From Macrostomum lignano (Eukaryota): DNA of 64,000 bases. The first letter of the stretch is position 1. The number at the start of each line of letters is the position of its first letter. Below, piece after piece: positions 11,969-64,000 of this stretch. The notes under the pieces were generated by a model. That model was given only the letters and a program-made list of their open reading frames with translations, had not been told where the DNA came from and searched no databases. The translations under genes were made by a program, and so were the position numbers. The stretch lies in NCBI GenBank assembly GCA_002269645.1, contig NIVC01001022.1, positions 372,001-436,000 on the forward strand. The letters are read 5' to 3'.

Positions 11969-14900
11969 TCACACGAAGTCCTTCCTCATGAGGAACGTGA
12001 ACCAGTAGGCCACATTGAACACTAGAAAGCACAGCGGATAGGCAAATACACAGGCCTGATCGACTTTTTCCGCTTCAAACTGTCCAGCTGTTGCTCCTGA
12101 TCCGTCTGGCTGCAGTTGCTGATGCTGCTGCTGATGCTGCTGCCGCTGTCGGATCCTTTGAGCGGCCTGGTGCTGCTGCCTCTGCGGCCTGTACCAGCTG
12201 TGATTGGCTCCGCGCCGGTGCCAAACGAAAGCACCCTCATCCAAATCCACCAGGCCGCAACCTTCTTCGCCATCTTCGTCGTTCCTATTCCGACGGTTTC
12301 TAGTAGAAGCACTGACGTTGCTGATCACATTGTCAACTTCTTCGTCTGTATCATTGTTATCGCTGTTGTCTTCGACGTTTTGCTCTTCCGACGCGTCGAG
12401 TCGTCGCATTTCAATGCGCTGATGAAGCTGCTGCCGATTAGAACTCAGATTCCTGCCGTACCGACTGTTCGCTGGCGTCTTGTCCCGCTGTTTCTTCTTG
12501 GATCCCGAGGCCAGAAGATTCCCGCCAAGACGCATCATCTCCTTGCGCATCAGGTTGCGCAGCTCGTCCCTCAGTTGTCGCTGTTCGTGACGCCTGGCGA
12601 GCATGTTCACGACGGCGAACTCGAGCAGAGATGCGGTGACGAATGCAAGACAAGCAAATAGCCAAACGTCGATGGCTTTGATGTAGGAAACTCTTGGAAG
12701 ATTCTGGAAAAAGTCATTATTGGGAAGAGCTAATTACTGATGCACAGTTAATCTGTATAAAGCCATGGGAGTTCGGAGTTGGGAGTTCAAGCCTGAATAG
12801 CTAAATTCACTGTCTCGCAGTTAAGCCTGCTTAGACGCATGCATTGTTTGGATTCAATGAGTGGAAAAGCTGCTTGTATAGAAAGCCTCACTTGGTTCAG
12901 TTGGTCCCAAAATGAACTAACTAAGCTCTCTATTATTGGCATTTCATCCTCAATCAAGCCCGTTCAGGCGTGCACAGTTACCTGCTAGCAGAATTGCTAT
13001 AAACTTTCACGGGCAACTTGACAAGCACAATGCCTGCTCAACATGAATTCATAAGCTTAATACAATTTTCTGCTCAAAAACTAGCAGCTTAGTAAGCTGC
13101 GTTAGAGTCAATGATGACTTAGCTAAATCTGATCGATCTATCGAATCTTGCCAAAATTTGTGTCGATTGTGTCGATTTGTGTCGATAGGTGCGCCAAATA
13201 AGTATCGGCCTATATGCTTCGTTTGAAGCATTTTTTCGAACTTTAACTTTCAACAAATTTGTCGCTTGAAATCGCAAAAATACTGTGTAAATCAGTTTAT
13301 ACCCTGGGTTGATACAGAGATGTCTACCAAACAATTTTAGCTTGGACCACTGCTTCATACCTTGACCCATGATCTAGAGCCTGGAGGATCGCTTTGCTCT
13401 TACCTGTGATCCCAGAGCCTACAGCACTGCTCCATACCCCAACCTGTGATCCTAGAGCCTACAGCACTAGCTGCTCCATACCCCAACTTGTCATCCTAGA
13501 GCCTACAGCACTGCTCCATACCCCAACCTGTGATCCCAGAGCCTACAGCACTGCTTCATACCCCAACCTGTGATCCCAGAGCCTACAGCATAAGGACCAC
13601 CAGAAGTAGATGGCCTCATTAGTGGCTACGATTCACAATTGAATAATTCTAAAACCGCACCAACATACCTGCACCGTAGCAGCGCTCTGCGTCATGAGAG
13701 CCAGAACGGACAAGAGTCCCAGCGTGATCCTGGCTGGTACGGACTTGTAGTCAATCCAGAACGAGATCCAAGATATGGCCACGATCAGGACAGACGGCAG
13801 ATATGTATAAATTAGATAAAATCCAAACTTTCGCACCAATTTGAACTCAACAAAGAGGCAGGTAAAAGCGCCAGTAGCGTTATAGGCTTTCTGACAGCTT
13901 CCGGACCGGACTGAGGGCAGCTCGAATTCGTTGAGAATGAGCTGCTGGTTGAGCGTAACGGACTCTTTGTCGAGCATCCAAACAAATTTCAGGTCGCTGA
14001 GCGCAAATCCGTAGCTGCCAATTTCCAACGGGCACTGCTGGGTGTCCATAGGGAAATTCCACAGCTGGAATCAAATGTCGACAGTGCTTGTAGAGTTTGT
14101 TTCGAATGTTTTTTTATATTTGGCTATCGGCATTACAAAGACACTAATACAGGTCTTCGTAACTTTTGAAACAGTTCGGTCCTGCTGAACATGAATCAAA
14201 CAGAGTATTATCCAGAGTCAGGACGCAAGCCGTCATGCTCTGAGCATGCGGATACGTCGCGAAGTTAGTTACTTCCGCCGGTTAATGTTAGGGAATTATC
14301 TTGAATGTGGACACTCTGGCAAACTCTTTGCTCTCTTTGACTTCTTACCTGCATAGGACAAGCCAATTTAACCGTCAACTTCTGAGAAAAGGTAATCAAC
14401 CCGTCCTGCTGCAGCCAGATCAGATAGTTCGGCGCCGTGATCACGTGTAAAAATCCGTATTTTGCATTGCGAAAAAACAGATCCGGTATCCACAATCGAT
14501 CTTTGAGATAGCTCAGGCTAAACGTGTGCTTGTAGCCTCGGAATCGAAGTCGCGGATCGCGCCACTTCTGCCTGAGCAGCAGGTCCAAGCTGTAGTCCAT
14601 GTCGATGACGTTAATGCTGCCGAAACTCTGCACGTGCATGTTGATCTCTACCACCGTCGGCTCGCCGCTGCCGCCGGGCCTGCGGATTGGTGAGAGCTTC
14701 TCCGGCTGCGCCACTGGCTCTCTGTGCGTCTAGACATCACTGGCCCTTTACTCTCAATTCAATGCCAGTTCAGTTCATCAAACACGTCCTGTATCATTCT
14801 CTCAGTTTCTCTCTCTCTACTTATCAACCTCTCTGCCTCCCTCCCTTTCTCCATTTTGAGGGCACCATTTTGAGACTACTTGTAAAAGATCCCGACGCGA

Positions 14901-15171
14901 CTCACCTATGATGACTCTCGTAATTCTCAAACAACAATCTGGAAATTTCCTCAACAGTATAGTTGCTATCAATAGACAGCGGTTCGGCAATGTCGGGTCC
15001 CAGGGGAACCATAGCAACCCGGTTGCTAGGCGGACGGGCAGACATGGCGTCGCGTAGTTCCGACAGTTGTCGTTTGCCAGTTGGCCTTTTGTCTGGAACG
15101 GCAGACTGGGGCAGACCAATTGTTGCACAGGCCAGGCCAACTTGAAATAGCAGCAGATATTGCAGGAACAT
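11969..15171 (-). CDS. Cys-loop (pentameric) ligand-gated chloride channel subunit, GlyR/GluCl-like, 4 exons, ~575 aa
   Basis: Exons 15171-14906, 14679-14349, 14064-13669 and 12703-11969 are phase-consistent. Signal peptide ([16 protein letters not shown]), [10 protein letters not shown], loop A WIPDLFF, Cys-loop [16 protein letters not shown]1 [17 protein letters not shown], anion-selectivity PAR motif before M2, [13 protein letters not shown], and M4 [21 protein letters not shown]. Confidence 0.95.
13400..13590. repeat. ~41-45-bp minisatellite (CCTGTGATCCCAGAGCCTACAGCACTGCTCCATACCCCAA)
   Basis: Four to five tandem units in channel intron 3. Confidence 0.9.
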
Positions 15172-15454
15172 TTCCGCAAAGATATAAATTCAGAGTCCTT
15201 AAATATTCTAAAGTTGGAACTACTCACCGACTTTTATCGAACGCAGCTATTTATATTGGCGGATGAATTCTTGTATAGATCGAACCGCAGCCTATCAGTG
15301 AGCAGTTGAAAATACTAGCGTAGCGTTCCACCATTGGCTGTTCAATGCAACTTTTTCATGAACTTTTTCATGACTGCAAATGTTAGATTTGCAGTCTAAC
15401 ATATTGGAAAGCAGTTCGCCTAATAATGTACATCTTCCAAGGAGGGGCTTAAGC

Positions 15455-16180
15455 TCCAGGGGCTTTAGCACCAGGGGTATTATCACCAGGGGCTTTAGCA
15501 CCAGAAAGGTTTATCACTAGGGGCTTTAGCACCAGAAAGGTTTATCACTAGGGGCTTTAGCACCAGAAAGGTTTATCACTAGTGTAGTAGGGCATTATTT
15601 TAGAAACGGAATTTTTGCAGGTTTAAATATGCTTTTACCCTACTATCAGTAGTTTCAACCCGGGGAAATAATTAGAGCGGGGTTAAGTGGATAAAATTGG
15701 GGTTCCTTTAGAACTACAGAGCAGTTGGGCTCTCGGGAAAGAAAACTCGGACCTTCTTTGGAGTGTCCTCTCCTGTGTAACTTAGAGAGTTCACGAAGAA
15801 GTGGTAAGGAAGGGAAATATAAGGGTTAGGCTTGCACAAGAGGAGTCTTGCCTCTAATTATTGGGAGTCTTGCCCAACGCACAACGGGAATAAAACTAGG
15901 GAATTAATGTAGAACAAAATAACCTTTTGTACGCATTCACTTTATTATTAAATATTTCCAACTGTTAACTATAATCTTTGGTATCCTGACTCACTTCTTT
16001 AATCTAAAATACTAGAATTAGGGAAAGCAGGAAACCTGGTGGCAGCGAAACTACCAAATCTCAAATCAGTACAGCAGATAATCCACTCATAATCCTTAGC
16101 AATAGAAACCAGTAGCTTAGCCGCGGTTACACGCCCATTCCACTAGGGGCTTTAGCACCAGGCCCGGCTTTAGCACCAGG
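15455..16180. repeat. GGGGCTTTAGCACCAG minisatellite, interrupted by a 560-bp insertion
   Basis: Units at 15455-15582 resume at 16143-16180. Same core as the reverse complement of the 38990-39232 array. Confidence 0.8.
15583..16142. mobile_element. Solo LTR candidate (560 bp, TG...CA, 4-bp TSD CTAG)
   Basis: Starts TGTAGTAGGGC and ends CGCCCATTCCA (imperfect inverted termini). CTAG at 15579-15582 and 16143-16146. Removing it restores the repeat unit TTTATCACTAGGGGCTTTAGCACC. Internal AATAAA near 15889. Confidence 0.6.
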
Positions 16181-17058
16181 GGCTTCTCCATTTGGCTCCC
16201 TGGTATTTAACTTTTCAAAGAGTTTAACTGCTAATCTTTGAACGCATATCGACCGACTATCTGAATCCAAACGATGTAGAGATTACGGCTTGAATACAAA
16301 TGTTTACTTTTTTAATTGGGCAGCTTCCGGTTGTATACATGTACTAAACTGTTGCAGTGTGCTGCTCATGACAATTTTTTAATTGTACCACTGCTGCCAA
16401 TTGAGGCAACAGTGGACCACAGACAGATGAGAAGATTTGGCCGACCCCGAATTTGAGAGGGGATGCAGTGACATTGAGAAGTAATACACACATGTAGATG
16501 CATTTTTATGCAATTCAGAAATATTAAAATAACGAATTCCAAACTTTCAAGTCAATGCAGACACCACAGTTGTTGCCAGTACATCGAAGCACAACAAGAT
16601 TAACAAATAATGCTAATAGTAGGTAAACCATTAGCCGTTCGTTGTTGAAGCGTTTTATTGTTTCATTATAAAAAAGCTAAACGACTTTAGCAACAAATCA
16701 ACAGGCAAATGTATTTCGATTTCTTAGAATTTCTATTACATTGGATGTTAATAAAATAATTTGATGCAAATTAAGACGTTTTGCTTAGGCTGAGCATTTA
16801 GAAAAATCACAGTTCGACAACAAAAATAAATAGGAATCTCTACTATTAGTAGGCTACTTAGCAGTAGAAAAAAACTATAGTAAGTTTTGAAAAGTACAAA
16901 AATAGACTAAATAGTAAATAAAAACCATCAAGTAAAAATTTCAGCAGAAGTCCAAGTGGGCGCTAGAAAATAATGATATTGAAAAAATCACAGTTACATA
17001 TCCGGATACAAAAATAAAAATATATGATACAAAGTTGCTCTTTACATCCAAAAGCACT

Positions 17059-47696
<30,638 letters not shown>

Positions 47697-49665
47697 GTAG
47701 GTTCGCGAATTTACTGTTTAGAACGACAAATATTGCTTCACCAGCCTATTTGCTAAGGCTAGCTTACTTAGATTTTCGGAGCAGTTAACAATTTAGCAGT
47801 GGACGTCAATTAAAAGAAATATTTTGAATTAAGGAATAGTTTACCTATATTTACCTATAAAAGTTAAATCTATCTAATGCTGAAATTATAGATAAAATTA
47901 TGAAAAAAATCATTAGTCATACTCCCATTTAGATTTTTAGCTAGTAAACCAGTTTTTTTCTATTAAATGTTTACTTAAAAAATAGAATTGATATATTCCA
48001 ATAGAAATATGATCACCATTAAACAAGTAGAAAGTTTAGATAAACTAATATTTTAGCTTAACATCGTGAAGTTGAATTGAAAACAATTTTAAGAATTATA
48101 GCTAACTTGTAATTTTGAAAGCACTAGTGCTACTTGATTTAGCTAAAAATGCATATATCTAGCTTAACACTTCTACTTTATGATGTTAAAAGTTTTCTAA
48201 CGATCCTAAAATTTTATAAAAATGAAAAACTTACTGCTAACTAAACAATTATTGTTAGCCCAGATAATCAATGGTTAAATACAAGACAGTATTTTTTAAT
48301 TCTAAAATCTCATACCTCAGAAAAAAAACTTTGCATTCTTTTTTAGGCCTCAAAAGAAAGCACTAATGGTAATGGATTTAGCAAAGATTATAGTAATGCT
48401 TTTCGTGTATATATAGCAAAGGAAAGTTTTGAATAAAATAGCATCCCTTTGTAAGGTTCACAATAATAGATAAAGATAAATTTCAAATTATGATACAAAG
48501 TGTTAATTTGGTAATATTATGATTATCAATTGTGATCAATTGTGATCAATCGTGACTTTTGATAAGTCAATGTTAGGTAGTGATCGAAAAAACTAAGCGA
48601 TCGATTCCTCTTGAAAAGGCTCCAAAAACGGACATAAACGAATCCTATGCGACCAAGAAGACAGATATATATATTAGCAAAAATTGTTTTACTTTTAAAA
48701 TTCCACATGAATATCAGTAACGATGATAACACAATTGTTTAATAAATAAAATAATATACGCACTAAATTTAGTAGGTTTTGTTTAAACTCGTACGTTATT
48801 GTAAACATAATTTTAACTTCATTTCTTTAAATGTTTTTTCGCAAACTTGACAAAATGATTTTAATTCCAGCCGAACATGCTATGCTACCCAATCAAATTT
48901 TAAGAGAAGTGATTCTTTACGTAACCCTACAAAAGAAAAATATTCAACGAAGGTATTTTTTGTCTTTTGGTGGTATATTTCTACAATTTTATATTTAAAC
49001 ATTGTTAATGAGTGAGTGTCAGGTGAACGTGAAATACCTGATGTTCGCTCTATGTTATTAATAAGGAATGTAGAGGCTCATGTTCGAATATTTCTCTAAA
49101 ATGCTATTTGTTTTTTTTCATATCAGTCATGTAAGTTTCCAGACACATTCGAAAGAATTAAAAAAGAGCTGTTTTCAAATAGTTAGCTATTCTGATTCTT
49201 ATTAACCAATGTTCAACAGAACAAAATTACTCGTGATTACTTGTTTTGTATTATGATAAAAATCAATTACAGACCAATGCCTTATTAACTAGAATCAGTT
49301 TTAACTAGAAAATATTCTTGGTTTAGACCTGACTAGATTGTAATCTCATAGACTTTTCCTTACTATATTCAATTAGTTATACATATAATGATCGTTTAAA
49401 TTTATGAGTAAATATACAGAGTAAATAGTATAAAAAATTGTTCTACCATTAGGGACAAGATATATAAGTTTAATTGAAATGAAGATTCTATACATATTGG
49501 TTTCTAAATTTATTTCGGAAATTTCTATAAAATCGATTATAATTATTACAAGAGAATTATTAAATATAAAATTTTAGCATTAAAAGCATTGGTGGCATGC
49601 AAATATATTTAATTTAGACCTAATCAATTTAAATAGTTATTCTGGTACATGCTTCATCATCATTC

Positions 49666-62748
<13,083 letters not shown>

Positions 62749-62774
62749 GTGAGTGCGCTGAGGTGGAGAGATGA

Positions 62775-64000
62775 GTAGGGGTGAGAGGGAGAGTGTAGGG
62801 GTGAGAGGGAGAGCTTAGGGGTGAGAGGGAGAGCTTAGGGGTGAGAGGGAGAGCTTAGGGGTGAGAGGGAGAGTAGCGTGAGAGGGAGAGTGTAGCTCGT
62901 AGGGGTGAAAGGGAGAGTAGGAGTGAGACGGAGAATAGGGGTGAGAGGGAGAGTAGGGATGAGAGGGAGAGTAGGAGTAAGAGGGAGAGTAGGAGTGAGA
63001 GGGAGAGTAGGAGTGAGAGGGAGAGTAGGAGTGAGAGGGAGAGTAGGAGTGAGAGGGAGAATAGGGGTGAGAGGGAGAGTAGGGATGAGAGGGAGAGTAG
63101 GAGTGAGAGGGAGAGTAGGAGTGAGAGGGAGAGTAGGAGTGAGAGGGAGAGTAGGAGTGAGACGGAGAATAGGGGTGAGAGGGAGAGTAGGGATGAGAGG
63201 GAGAGTAGGAGTGAGAGGGAGAGTAGGAGTGAGAGGGAGAGTAGGAGTGAGAGGGAGAATAGGGGTGAGAGGGAGAGTAGGAGTGAGAGGGAGAGTAGGA
63301 GTGAGAGGGAGAGTAGGAGTGAGAGGGAGAGTAGGAGTGAGAGGGAGAGTAGGAGTGAGAGGGAGAGTAGGAGTGAGAGGGAGAATAGGGGTGAGAGGGA
63401 GAATAGGGGTGAGAGGGAGAGTAGGAGTGAGAGGGAGAATAGGGGTGAGAGGGAGAATAGGGGTGAGAGGGAGAGTAGGGATGAGAGGGAGAATAGGGGT
63501 GAGAGGGAGAGTAGGAGTGAGAGGGAGAGTAGGAGTGAGAGGGAGAATAGGGGTGAGAGGGAGAGTAGGAGTGAGAGGGAGAGTAGGAGTGAGAGGGAGA
63601 ATAGGGGTGAGAGGGAGAGTAGGAGTGAGAGGGAGAGTAGGAGTGAGAGGGAGAGTAGGAGTGAGAGGGAGAATAGGGGTGAGAGGGAGAGTAGGGATGA
63701 GAGGGAGAGTAGGAGTGAGACGGAGAGTAGGAGTGAGACGGAGAGTGTATTGGGTGAGAGGGAGAGTGTATTGGGCGAGAGGGAGAGTGTATTGGGCGAG
63801 AGGGAGAGTGTAGGGGGCGAGAGGGAGAGTGTAGGGGGCGAGAGGGAGAGTGTAGGGGGCGAGAGGGAGAGTGTAGGGGGCGAGAGGGAGAGTGTAGGGG
63901 CGAGAGGGAGAGTGTAGGGGCGAGAGGGAGAGTGTAGGGGGCGAGAGGGAGAGTGTAGGGGGCGAGAGGGAGAGTGTAGGGGGCGAGAGGGAGAGTGTAG
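62775..64000. repeat. 18-bp purine-rich minisatellite (GAGAGGGAGAGTAGGAGT and variants)
   Basis: Runs to the window end; explains the GRVGVR ORF 62905-63813. Confidence 0.97.

Noticed and set aside
14687-14714. Upstream extension of channel exon 2 ([11 protein letters not shown])
   Set aside because: Exon 1 ends in phase 2, and only the acceptor at 14680/14679 preserves the frame and the canonical RP motif.
16036-16046. TGGTGGCAGCG as a tRNA-Leu primer-binding site
   Set aside because: It is not preceded by an LTR-terminal CA, it lies inside the TG...CA segment bounded by the CTAG duplication, and no gag or pol follows.

Overview
Eukaryotic (animal) genomic DNA with GC-rich exons, AT-rich introns packed with tandem repeats, and poly-Q-rich proteins. 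This style suggests a free-living flatworm such as Macrostomum (inference only). Host genes, rebuilt by hand from GT-AG sites and reading phase: (1) a doubtful gene fragment at the left edge (-); (2) a 5-exon tetraspanin (-, 232 aa); (3) a 4-exon anion-selective Cys-loop ligand-gated channel (-, ~575 aa); (4) a ~30.6 kb, 27-exon coiled-coil gene (-, ~1670 aa) whose termini resemble FAM186 proteins and which needs a 7-nt microexon to stay in frame; (5) an intronless 349-aa orphan ORF nested antisense in one of its introns; (6) a partial Neuralized(NHR)-Roc-COR (ROCO) gene (+) with unusual GTPase motifs, running off the right edge. Mobile elements: a full-length LOA/R1-group non-LTR retrotransposon (11-bp TSD, TAATG stop-start, APE-RT-RNaseH-CCHC), a 5'-truncated RTE-like LINE (10-bp TSD), a tRNA-derived SINE candidate, a solo LTR candidate and a hAT-like MITE candidate. 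About 30 micro/minisatellite arrays are present; their coordinates are approximate. Family assignments come from motif recognition and recall, not database searches. The best candidates for new biology are the atypical NHR-ROCO protein, the 7-nt microexon, the nested orphan gene and the LOA-like element.
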